61,055 nt of DNA, taken from positions 37,752 through 98,806 of the forward strand of contig CAZZMB010000001.1 of NCBI GenBank assembly GCA_964655225.1, given 5' to 3'. Of this stretch, positions 30,372-38,510 are shown in pieces. The DNA is from an uncultured Chitinophagales bacterium (GTDB lineage: Bacteria; Bacteroidota; Bacteroidia; Chitinophagales; UBA8649). Each line of letters begins with the position of its first letter. Positions within the stretch are counted from its first letter, which is position 1. The position numbers and the translations under genes were made by a program. The notes under the pieces were generated by a model, which was not told where the DNA came from, did not search any database, and worked only from the letters and a program-made list of their open reading frames with translations.

Positions 30372-32843
30372 ACTAGCCACCTTGTTAAAGTCTTTAATTC
30401 CTGTTATTTGGTAGGGGGCAGAATTAGCAGAACATGGCCCAGCAATACTGCTTACACTATAAGCTCCGGAGTCATTAATGTCGATGAATTGGTTGGTCTC
30501 TCCTGGCAGTAAAGTGCCGTTAAGATACCACTGAATATTTGTTGCAATCGAAGATTGTAATTGATTGGCTACTTGAGTTATGACCGGTAAAATTAAGGTA
30601 GAAGTTACAAATACGGTAGCCGTATTTGAAGATACTGTTGAACAACCATTGCTAACGGTACAATCGTAGTTTCCTCCATCGCTGGTTTGAACATTATTGA
30701 CAGTTAATACTGAATCTGTAGCTCCAGGAATAGCAATCCCATTAAAAAACCATTGATAAGATGTAATAATTAGATCTGGTGTGCTTACGGAAAAATATAA
30801 TTCCCCTGAGGTATTAATACACCATGTTGCACCGTTCAAAGGTTCATCAATATTAATAGTAGGGTCAATTAAAGAACAATTCGATTCTATTTTAAAGTTC
30901 TCATCAGATATATCAAAGAAAATATTGTCTGCAGCTTCAACACGCACTCTTGCTTGATTACTAATTGCAAATGGCGCAATAACGGAAGCTAACCCATTAT
31001 TGGGTATATTGCTCAGTAAAGTTACAGGAAAGGTATATCCTCCATCTGTTGAAAGTAATAGATTAACTGTATTGCACGAAACAGGATTTTGATTTGTATT
31101 TGCAACATTCCATTCCACGTCATAACTACTTCCTGCGATCCAAGTGATATTGGTATTGGGATTATTCACCACAAATGGACCTGCAGTATTGGATACTGAA
31201 ACCTCGTAGTCGTCATAATTTACTGCTCCTCCACCCGGCACATTATCTCTCACTGTAACTCTAAAGGACATATCTCTTCCATAATCTGGTAATATTTCTC
31301 CTAACGTTTGATCATTGTCTACAATGTCACTGATCTGAGGAAAGGTACGTACTGGATTTGGAGTGGGTTGAAAGGATCGAAATAAAGGGGCATTATCCGA
31401 AGGATTATTTGGATCGCCTGTAGGGCCTAAATCAAATTGTTCCCAACAGTATGTTATTGCATTTCCATCAATATCATTGGCTAAGGCTTGCAGTTCAAAA
31501 GGTGTAGATTTTGGTATAGTTTTATTGATTGGAGATAATATCTGAATTGTAGGAATATTATTTCCAGTATTTGTTTTTACTGGGCAGTTATCGCCTTGAA
31601 ATTGCGTTGTGTATGCTAATACTTGATCAAAAGATCGCGTATGAAAATAATCATCACTATTATTTTCAATGTTTTGGGGTGCACAAATTCCTGCATAGCC
31701 CATTATGGTGGTAGCGCTGCCCGGTTCATAGGCAGAATTAGCGGATAAATTACCTCCGCTGCATGAACCGGAGTTACTATTAAAAGTATGACTTCCAGCA
31801 AACTGATGACCAATTTCATGTGCCAAATAATCAATGTCAAAAGGATCTCCAGTTGGACTATTAATTCCTGTAGTTGCTGAGGCTTTGGAGTTTCTGCATA
31901 CAACGGCATAACTCGCTAGTCCACTTCCTGATCGACCAACAACATGACCAATATCATAATTATTAGACCCAATAATATTGTCTACTGAATTTTGGTTTTG
32001 TCCCAATAATGCTCCAGCATTGTTTGGATTGGTAAATGGATCGGTGTTCTCATCGGTGTAAATAATTTGATCATTATCAGCTACTAAAACCAAACGAATC
32101 GTGAATTCACGCTCATATACACCATTCACTCTATTGATAGAGGTAACCACTGCGGACAAACCTTCAGCAACTGTACCCCCATGAAATTGGGTATACTCAG
32201 CTGTTGCCGAAACAGCAATACGGTAAGTTCTTAAAATCTGACCATTAGAATCTTTATTGGATTTAAGCTGATTTACAGTTTGATTATCCATAAGCATGGA
32301 GTTATCTAACTTTTCAGTATTTGCCTCTTCTTGACTTAAACAATCAGGCATAGCTTTGTTGTTGACACAATCTTTCTTGTAATATACTTGATATATATTG
32401 GTATTGTTTTTTAAAAAAGGATCGATGAAAATAGTACTCTCATCATCAAACAACATTAGATGAAAACCTTTGAGCGTTATATCGGCTCTTCCATAACGCA
32501 GTTGATTACTTGTGCTTTGGAAAATAAAAGTTTTTATTTCGGGGAATTTGTTAGCCAATCCTTCTTCCATTATTGGTGCCTCAAAAACCATAAAATTGTC
32601 TGTGCTTCCATCAGGCAATGGTAATTGAATCTGGACAGCACTAAGTTGTTGGTTATTGTTCTTTAAGGGAGCAGTGCTCAAGAAGTCTTTTAAGTTTGAT
32701 AATTCCATCTCAAAGTAGGTGGCATTATTGGTGGAAATTTGAGCGTCTCCAAATAGCTGGCTCTCATCTATTTGTTTCCACAACTGATTTTCTCCAAATG
32801 CTATACTAAACAAGCCAAGTGTTACTAAAATAATATTTTTCAT
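30144..32843 (-). CDS. Secreted zinc metalloprotease (reprolysin/M12B-like HExxHxxGxxH) with Ig-like modules and T9SS CTD
   Basis: 899 aa. Signal peptide, N-terminal pro-region, zinc motif HEIGHQFAGSH, two YQWF.NG..IPGAT-type Ig-like modules, and a C-terminal T9SS sorting domain. Confidence 0.86.
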   Translation of the reverse strand: MKNIILVTLGLFSIAFGENQLWKQIDESQLFGDAQISTNNATYFEMELSNLKDFLSTAPLKNNNQQLSAVQIQLPLPDGSTDNFMVFEAPIMEEGLANKFPEIKTFIFQSTSNQLRYGRADITLKGFHLMLFDDESTIFIDPFLKNNTNIYQVYYKKDCVNNKAMPDCLSQEEANTEKLDNSMLMDNQTVNQLKSNKDSNGQILRTYRIAVSATAEYTQFHGGTVAEGLSAVVTSINRVNGVYEREFTIRLVLVADNDQIIYTDENTDPFTNPNNAGALLGQNQNSVDNIIGSNNYDIGHVVGRSGSGLASYAVVCRNSKASATTGINSPTGDPFDIDYLAHEIGHQFAGSHTFNSNSGSCSGGNLSANSAYEPGSATTIMGYAGICAPQNIENNSDDYFHTRSFDQVLAYTTQFQGDNCPVKTNTGNNIPTIQILSPINKTIPKSTPFELQALANDIDGNAITYCWEQFDLGPTGDPNNPSDNAPLFRSFQPTPNPVRTFPQISDIVDNDQTLGEILPDYGRDMSFRVTVRDNVPGGGAVNYDDYEVSVSNTAGPFVVNNPNTNITWIAGSSYDVEWNVANTNQNPVSCNTVNLLLSTDGGYTFPVTLLSNIPNNGLASVIAPFAISNQARVRVEAADNIFFDISDENFKIESNCSLIDPTINIDEPLNGATWCINTSGELYFSVSTPDLIITSYQWFFNGIAIPGATDSVLTVNNVQTSDGGNYDCTVSNGCSTVSSNTATVFVTSTLILPVITQVANQLQSSIATNIQWYLNGTLLPGETNQFIDINDSGAYSVSSIAGPCSANSAPYQITGIKDFNKVASISIVPNPSQENFHIQTTGWNKSIELEVLNLLGQTILRNVVFEKAFNLDLSELSNGVYIVSLRSDGYQSSHKLIKR
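31788..31820 (-). other. Zinc-binding active-site motif HEIGHQFAGSH
   Basis: Plus strand atgacttccagcaaactgatgaccaatttcatg is the reverse complement of CAT GAA ATT GGT CAT CAG TTT GCT GGA AGT CAT. This is the HExxHxxGxxH metzincin-type consensus. Confidence 0.85.
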
Positions 32844-32845
32844 AA

Positions 32846-33331
32846 TTACTCTTTTATTGTTCCTGTTCCCTCAGGAAGGTCGTTTTTATAATAAACGAAA
32901 TAAAGGCCTAAATCATAAAGGTCCTCAATATATATGGTTGCGTCATTACAAAAAACGACGATTTTGAAAGTATGGTTTATTTGATCTATTCTTGATTGGC
33001 ATAATGTGTTATTTTCTTCATAGCCTTTGTACGAACTGATATCTGGGAATTTGGCTTGAAGTTCTTCGCTCATTACCTTACTATCTTCAACCTTGTGCAT
33101 TACTAAGTTACCTTCAGGCATTGGTAACGGTACAGTGCCTTGTTCGAACAATCTACTAAAATTTTCTGAATCAAGTTTATAAGTTTGATAAGCATTCGGT
33201 AATATAAGCTCTTGACTGAGATTTACACTAACTGCACTCCAAATCAAATCTGATTTGCTTTTACGATCTAATTTCCCGCTTTTACACGCATTAAGACCAC
33301 TCAAAACAATAAGAATAAGTAAATATCTCAA
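32846..33331 (-). CDS. Small lipoprotein homologous to the pro-region of the downstream metalloprotease
   Basis: 161 aa. Lipobox LSGLNAC. Residues about 45-155 align by eye with residues about 35-165 of the 899-aa protease (see finding). Its stop is 2 nt before the protease ATG. Confidence 0.7.
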   Translation of the reverse strand: MRYLLILIVLSGLNACKSGKLDRKSKSDLIWSAVSVNLSQELILPNAYQTYKLDSENFSRLFEQGTVPLPMPEGNLVMHKVEDSKVMSEELQAKFPDISSYKGYEENNTLCQSRIDQINHTFKIVVFCNDATIYIEDLYDLGLYFVYYKNDLPEGTGTIKE

Positions 33332-34131
33332 AGAACTAATTTAGTTTTAATGTTTTGAATAATAGTATCAGTGCGGATGCTCTTAAGCTCCTTCTTTCCA
33401 TACTTTTTAACTGATTGGATAAGTTGGATGCCATTGCTCAGAAAAATTTCATCTGCAGATGACAACAAGTCATCCTCTACGTTAACCTGTCTTACATCTA
33501 AAAAGTTTAGTAAATAGTTCCTGCAGACACCTAAAACACATCCGCTTTCGTTTTTCGGTGTATAAATTTCATCGTCAATAATGAAAAACAAATTGGAAGA
33601 GCTCGCTTCAATATAAAGTCCTTGCGTATTCTTTAATAATACATCATCATAGTTATTAGTAGCTGCAAATTGAGTGGCTAAAACGTAAAGTAATGCGCTA
33701 GAATGCTTGACACTTGCAATAGCGTTATCTTGCTTTAGCAAATCACTATAAACGCCTAATTGTTGTATTGGTTTGAAAATTTCTTTTAATGGTGAGCATT
33801 CCAACAACAATTGTGTTTCATTTCCTTCTGGCCTGTAATTGTTCCCTAATGAGCGAATGATTGAAAGTCTCACACGTGCCATTTTATCACCAAGCCCGTT
33901 TCGATCTAATAGTTCAAATATTTTGGCGATGGGTATATCGTAGGAATTGAATTGAAATATTTTACAGGCTTGATCTAATCTATTTTGATGCTCTGCGAGC
34001 AAAGGGATTTGGCCATTGATGTATAGCATGGATTCAAAGCATGCGTCTGCGACACGAAATCGTTCTACATCATAAAAAGAGAGCTCATCTTTTTTAATAA
34101 ACTTATGGTTAAAGCAGATGATCTGCATCAA
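33328..34131 (-). CDS. Class IV aminotransferase-fold protein (aminodeoxychorismate lyase PabC-like)
   Basis: 267 aa. Fold-type IV pattern (FESMLYINGQIPLLAEHQNRL; ..K.SSALLYVLA..; LKNTQGLYIEASSSNLFFI.DDEIYTP....CVLGVCR). ATGA overlaps at both ends. Confidence 0.68.
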   Translation of the reverse strand: MMQIICFNHKFIKKDELSFYDVERFRVADACFESMLYINGQIPLLAEHQNRLDQACKIFQFNSYDIPIAKIFELLDRNGLGDKMARVRLSIIRSLGNNYRPEGNETQLLLECSPLKEIFKPIQQLGVYSDLLKQDNAIASVKHSSALLYVLATQFAATNNYDDVLLKNTQGLYIEASSSNLFFIIDDEIYTPKNESGCVLGVCRNYLLNFLDVRQVNVEDDLLSSADEIFLSNGIQLIQSVKKYGKKELKSIRTDTIIQNIKTKLVL

Positions 34132-34784
34132 TCTATGTTCATTGTTTTTACAGTTGGAGACACAATAAGTTTACCTGCTGTTTTTTCTTTTATTTCCTCA
34201 ACCGTAACATCTGGAGCAAGTTCTTCGAGTATAAAGGCCCCATCTTTTATTGAAAACATCCCAAGATTGGTAATCACCCTTTTGATGCAGTTTTTCCCCG
34301 TTAAAGGTAGGCTACATTGTTTCAACAATTTAGATTCTCCAGCGCGGTTAGTATGCATCATTGCTACAATGATATTATCTGTGCCAGCCACTAAATCCAT
34401 TGCTCCACCCATGCCTTTCACCATCTTGCCTGGTATTTTCCAATTGGCTATATCTCCATTTTCTGCAACTTCCATTGCACCTAAAACGGTAAGTTGAACA
34501 TGACCCCCACGAATCATAGCAAAACTATCAGATGAGCTAAACAAACTAGCCCCGGGTAACATGGTTACCGTCTGCTTTCCTGCATTTATTAAATCTGCAT
34601 CAATATTTTTTTCTGTGGGAAATGGTCCCATGCCCAGCAGTCCGTTTTCCGATTGTAATTCTACATGAATGCCTTTAGGAATATAATTCGCTACCAATGT
34701 TGGAATTCCTATTCCTAAATTGACATACCACCCGTCTTGGAGTTCTCTAGCTATGCGTTTTGCAATTTGATCTTTAGTCAACAT
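34128..34784 (-). CDS. scoB: 3-oxoacid CoA-transferase subunit B
   Basis: Start set at MLTKDQIAKRIARELQDGWYVNLGIGIPT. Active-site Glu motif QSENGLLGMGP. The 41 upstream codons of the ORF overlap subunit A and are rejected. Confidence 0.9.
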   Translation of the reverse strand: MLTKDQIAKRIARELQDGWYVNLGIGIPTLVANYIPKGIHVELQSENGLLGMGPFPTEKNIDADLINAGKQTVTMLPGASLFSSSDSFAMIRGGHVQLTVLGAMEVAENGDIANWKIPGKMVKGMGGAMDLVAGTDNIIVAMMHTNRAGESKLLKQCSLPLTGKNCIKRVITNLGMFSIKDGAFILEELAPDVTVEEIKEKTAGKLIVSPTVKTMNID

Positions 34785-34806
34785 CGTTTCAGTTTTAAGC
34801 AATAAA

Positions 34807-35499
34807 TTATTGGGTAATTGTTCGTTGTTCGATTCGTTTTTCGTAGTTACTGCCTTGGAAAATTCGTTGAACAAAAATTCCTGGCGTATGGACGTGATTG
34901 GGGTCAATTACTCCTGGTTCAACTAACTCTTCAACTTCGGCAATAGTGATTTTACCTGCCATGGCCATCATAGGATTAAAGTTTCTTGCAGTTCCTTTAA
35001 AAATTAGATTACCAAATCGATCTCCTTTCCATGCTTTAATAATAGCAAAATCAGCTGTAAGGCTTTCCTCAAGCACATACATTCTCCCATTTATTTCTCT
35101 GGTCTCTTTTCCTTCTGCGACCTCCGTTCCATAACCTGTGGCAGTAAAAAATGCGGGGATACCGGCGCCACCTGCTCTACATTTTTCTGCTAAAGTTCCT
35201 TGTGGAGTAAGTTCTACCTCTAACTCACCACAAAGTAGCTGTCTTTCAAATTCTGCATTTTCTCCAACATAACTAGCAATCATTTTTTTGACCTGACGCT
35301 GCTGCAGCATAAGCCCAATTCCAAAATCATCCACACCGGCATTATTGGAAATGCATGTCAGCTCTTTTTGACCACCCGCAACTATAGCTTCAATGCAATT
35401 CTCAGGTATTCCGCAAAGTCCAAATCCTCCAAGCATTAATGTCATACCATCTTGAATACCTTGAATGGCTTCTTTAGCATCTTTTACTAACTTATTCAT
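34807..35499 (-). CDS. scoA: 3-oxoacid CoA-transferase subunit A
   Basis: 230 aa. [10 protein letters not shown], ..SNNAG.., [23 protein letters not shown] motifs. Confidence 0.92.
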   Translation of the reverse strand: MNKLVKDAKEAIQGIQDGMTLMLGGFGLCGIPENCIEAIVAGGQKELTCISNNAGVDDFGIGLMLQQRQVKKMIASYVGENAEFERQLLCGELEVELTPQGTLAEKCRAGGAGIPAFFTATGYGTEVAEGKETREINGRMYVLEESLTADFAIIKAWKGDRFGNLIFKGTARNFNPMMAMAGKITIAEVEELVEPGVIDPNHVHTPGIFVQRIFQGSNYEKRIEQRTITQ

Positions 35500-35846
35500 A
35501 TTATTGCCTTTAATTCAATTTCTTTCTTACTTAATTCTTCTAATACTTTATCGTACATCGCACTTAAGTGCACCAAATCTTTGCTATACAGTTTATAAGC
35601 TTCTTCAAAATCTTCATATGTATAACCATACTTTTCAAAAATTACCTTGTAAAAAGTCAATTTTTTCTGATAAATTAATTGATTAGTAGGTAATAATTCA
35701 TGCTCTACTTTAGCATCAGAAATGGCTAGATCAACCATAATACTAATCATCTCATCCTCCGGTATCTTTACCGTCTTGAGAATATCATCATTGCTATTAC
35801 AAGCATACAATACAGTGAAAAGAAAAAAGAAAACAATATTTTTCAT
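35496..35846 (-). CDS. Small lipoprotein (DUF4296-like)
   Basis: Start set at [18 protein letters not shown] (signal peptide plus lipobox). The longer ORF to 35990 would run across the yggS promoter and start. Family name from memory only. Confidence 0.55.
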   Translation of the reverse strand: MKNIVFFFLFTVLYACNSNDDILKTVKIPEDEMISIMVDLAISDAKVEHELLPTNQLIYQKKLTFYKVIFEKYGYTYEDFEEAYKLYSKDLVHLSAMYDKVLEELSKKEIELKAII

Positions 35847-35865
35847 TAACGTAAAAATAATGAAA

Positions 35866-35873
35866 TAACTTTG
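35866..35873 (+). promoter_or_regulatory. Candidate -7 box (TAACTTTG) for yggS
   Basis: Exact TAnnTTTG, 14 nt upstream of GTG 35888 and 29 nt upstream of ATG 35903. Confidence 0.4.
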
Positions 35874-35887
35874 TCCTTGAAGTAATT

Positions 35888-36562
35888 GTGAAATATAATT
35901 CGATGGTAGATAAAAATAATTGGAAGGATATAAGCAAAGCCTGTGAAAGTGCTCATGCAAGTTTAGTAGCGGTGAGTAAAACTCGATCAATTGGCGAGCT
36001 TAAAGAAATGTATGATCTGGGTCAACGAATATTTGGAGAAAATCGAGTGCAAGAACTGTTGGATAAAAAAGATGAGCTGCCACAAGACATTGAATGGCAC
36101 CTTATCGGACATCTTCAGCGAAATAAAGTAAAGTATATCGCACCATTTATTAGTTTAATTCATGGCGTGGATAGTCTTCGCTTAATTAAAGAAATTAACA
36201 AGGAAGCGAAAAAAAATAATAAGCTTATCGATTGTCTACTTCAGTTTCATATTGCTCAAGAAGAAAGTAAGTTTGGAATTCCTCCTGCAAATGCTATTGA
36301 ATTTATAGATAATGTAATGGGCTTAAGTTTAGATGGATTAAGGATTCGAGGGGTTATGGGTATGGCGAGCTTCGTTGATGATGATGTACAAATCACTCGA
36401 GAATTTTCTGTTTTAAAAGGGGTTTTTGGAGCGCTTAAAAGCAAGTATTTTTCCACGGAAGAATCTTTTGATATTATTAGTATGGGGATGAGCAGTGATT
36501 ACCAACTTGCACTTCGCGAAGGAAGCACGATGCTCAGAGTTGGAAGTAAGTTATTTGTCTGA
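35888..36562 (+). CDS. yggS: YggS-family pyridoxal-phosphate homeostasis protein
   Basis: 224 aa. LVAVSKT (PLP-Lys), FGENRVQEL, HLIGHLQRNKVKY, MGMS.D motifs. The start is GTG 35888 or ATG 35903. Confidence 0.88.
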   Translation: MKYNSMVDKNNWKDISKACESAHASLVAVSKTRSIGELKEMYDLGQRIFGENRVQELLDKKDELPQDIEWHLIGHLQRNKVKYIAPFISLIHGVDSLRLIKEINKEAKKNNKLIDCLLQFHIAQEESKFGIPPANAIEFIDNVMGLSLDGLRIRGVMGMASFVDDDVQITREFSVLKGVFGALKSKYFSTEESFDIISMGMSSDYQLALREGSTMLRVGSKLFV

Positions 36563-37039
36563 TGTACAGTCTTTTTGTTCAGCAATTTTCAAGGCAATTG
36601 TCTTAAACATTGAGCCTTGGCTTATTCTAGCTTCCTCTTCTTCAATAATTTGAAAAATCTCAATATTCCGTTCCAATTGATATTCCTTTTTTCCTTCAAC
36701 AAGCTCAATCTCGTTTAGATTTAAATGTGCAAGGTCTTCTTCTTTAAAGTTAAATGTTGCACCTTCCTTGGGTGTGAGAATATAAACTAAAACTGAATTT
36801 TTTAAGAATTGATAAAGCTCCAATCTTTTCGGTAAAATTCGATCTATAAAAGACACCTTATTCAATATCTTTTCGAAGACTAAATCGCTAAATATATCGA
36901 GGTGTTGATCACAGTTTGAAGGCGAACTTTTCTTTAACTCTTCCCATATAACAGGTGTTATATTGGCAAGTAATAAATATTTTAAAAACTCCTCTTTTAG
37001 TGGTTCTAGCTCATCCTTTCTTAACCTTCTGTACCTCAT
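36551..37039 (-). CDS. Conserved hypothetical protein (possibly the DUF6495 family)
   Basis: 162 aa, cytoplasmic. The N-terminus MRYRRLRKDELEPLKEEFLKYLLLANI resembles a Flavobacteriia-conserved family I recall as DUF6495. Its 3' end overlaps the yggS 3' end by 12 nt (convergent). Confidence 0.55.
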   Translation of the reverse strand: MRYRRLRKDELEPLKEEFLKYLLLANITPVIWEELKKSSPSNCDQHLDIFSDLVFEKILNKVSFIDRILPKRLELYQFLKNSVLVYILTPKEGATFNFKEEDLAHLNLNEIELVEGKKEYQLERNIEIFQIIEEEEARISQGSMFKTIALKIAEQKDCTSDK

Positions 37040-37130
37040 TTTTAATTTTCTGTTTGACTTTCTGACAGCCCTAACTCTAGCTTAGCTATAAAAATAATGA
37101 GCCCGTATGGGTATTTCAGAATAGACATAA

Positions 37131-37991
37131 TTAAAATTTGGATGGCGAGAAAACTTTTTTGGCAATTCGCAAAGAATTTTCAAATGCATCAATATTAAAG
37201 TTGTTTCCTATTGTTTTTGTGCCAAAGTAATTTACGAAATGTTCTGTAGGCATATTGCCTATTAAATCATCTTTCGCCATGGGACAACCGCCATAACCAA
37301 AAATCGCCGTATCAAATCTTCTGCAGTCATGTTCAAATGCACAATCAATCTTTTCTTTCCAATTATGTGGAGCAGTGTGCAAGTGTGCACCAAACTCAAT
37401 GCCCGGAAAACTTGCAATTAAATTATCAAACAAATAGCTGATGGTATCTGCCTGGGCGACACCTACGGTATCGGAAAGCGAAAATATATTAACATCAAGT
37501 TTGCTTAATTTTTCAATCCAATTTTCAACAATTTCTTTACTGTAAGGGTCGCCGTAAGGGTTACCAAAACCCATAGAGATATAGACAACAAGTTCTTTTT
37601 TATTTGAAGTACAGATTTCTTGAATTCGCTTGACTCGTTCAAAGGACTCTTCAATTGTAGAATTTGTATTTCTTAATTGAAAGGTTTCTGAAATGGAAAA
37701 TGGATAGCCTAAGTAGGTGATTTCTTCAAACTCACTCGCTTCGATTGCGCCACGCTCATTAGCAATAATTGCTAATAATTTTGAAGGGGAATCTCGTAAA
37801 TCTAGTTGCTTAACCAAATCCTTTGTGTCCGCCATTTGAGGGATAGCCTTAGGTGATACAAAACTTCCGAAATCAATGGTGTGATACCCAACCTTTAGCA
37901 AGGAGTTAATATACTCAGCTTTGACTGCTGTAGGTATAAATTTTTTGATGCCTTGCATAGCATCCCTGGGACATTCTACTAAACGAATCAT
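37131..37991 (-). CDS. Hydroxymethylglutaryl-CoA lyase
   Basis: 286 aa. ECPRDAMQG (the PRDG.Q region), DTVGVA, GAHLHT and GGCP motifs of the HMGL-like TIM barrel. Confidence 0.87.
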   Translation of the reverse strand: MIRLVECPRDAMQGIKKFIPTAVKAEYINSLLKVGYHTIDFGSFVSPKAIPQMADTKDLVKQLDLRDSPSKLLAIIANERGAIEASEFEEITYLGYPFSISETFQLRNTNSTIEESFERVKRIQEICTSNKKELVVYISMGFGNPYGDPYSKEIVENWIEKLSKLDVNIFSLSDTVGVAQADTISYLFDNLIASFPGIEFGAHLHTAPHNWKEKIDCAFEHDCRRFDTAIFGYGGCPMAKDDLIGNMPTEHFVNYFGTKTIGNNFNIDAFENSLRIAKKVFSPSKF

Positions 37992-37997
37992 AATATT

Positions 37998-38444
37998 TTA
38001 TTGATATTCTGCAGCTAACCAAGCGGAATAGCCGCCATTTAAATCATAGACCTGCTCGAACCCCATTTCTTTCAACATAGCCGCCGCTTTGCCACTTCGT
38101 CCACCACTCTTGCAATAAAGCATTACCGGAGTTTTTCTATCTATCGCATCAATATTGGACTTGAAATTTTCTGCGTAAAAATCATAGTTTTTTGCACCTG
38201 CTATGTTTCCATTCTCCGCTATCTCTTTAGGAGTTCGAATATCCAATAGGATTACGCTGGTATCATTATCTAGTTTTATTTTAAATAAATTTGGCTTTAA
38301 CAATAAATGAGCTGTTTTGATTTGCATATTTCTCAATCCACTTTCTTGGATGATTTCTTCCTTTATATCTTTGTTAGATGCTGATTGCTTGCAAGTAACA
38401 AGTAGAAAGCTGGCAATGATTATTCCAAAATATGTAGTTTTCAT
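37998..38444 (-). CDS. Rhodanese-domain lipoprotein
   Basis: Start set at MKTTYFGIIIASFLLVTCKQ (lipobox). Active-site loop MLYCKSGGRSGKAA. A -7 box lies 14 nt upstream of this ATG. Confidence 0.8.
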   Translation of the reverse strand: MKTTYFGIIIASFLLVTCKQSASNKDIKEEIIQESGLRNMQIKTAHLLLKPNLFKIKLDNDTSVILLDIRTPKEIAENGNIAGAKNYDFYAENFKSNIDAIDRKTPVMLYCKSGGRSGKAAAMLKEMGFEQVYDLNGGYSAWLAAEYQ

Positions 38445-38458
38445 CAGGTAAATTTCTA

Positions 38459-38466
38459 CAAAAATA
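38459..38466 (-). promoter_or_regulatory. Candidate -7 box (TATTTTTG on the minus strand) for rhodanese/HMG-CoA lyase
   Basis: Plus-strand CAAAAATA inside the over-long ORF 37998..38549. Supports the shorter start at 38444. Confidence 0.4.
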
Positions 38467-38510
38467 AGATAAAGCTGCTTGGATTTAAGAAAAACTATCA
38501 TTTTTGTGTA

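Noticed and set aside
34785-34907. N-terminal 41-codon extension of the CoA-transferase subunit B ORF, overlapping the 3' end of subunit A by about 100 nt
   Set aside because: The extension ([16 protein letters not shown]..) is just the alternative frame of scoA. Subunit B families start at the MLTKDQIAKRIA-type sequence. A 22-nt gap results if ATG 34784 is used.
35847-35990. Longer start for the DUF4296-like ORF (164 aa), overlapping the yggS start on the opposite strand
   Set aside because: The internal Met gives a textbook signal peptide plus lipobox ([18 protein letters not shown]). The upstream 48 codons are low-complexity and span the yggS -7 box and start.
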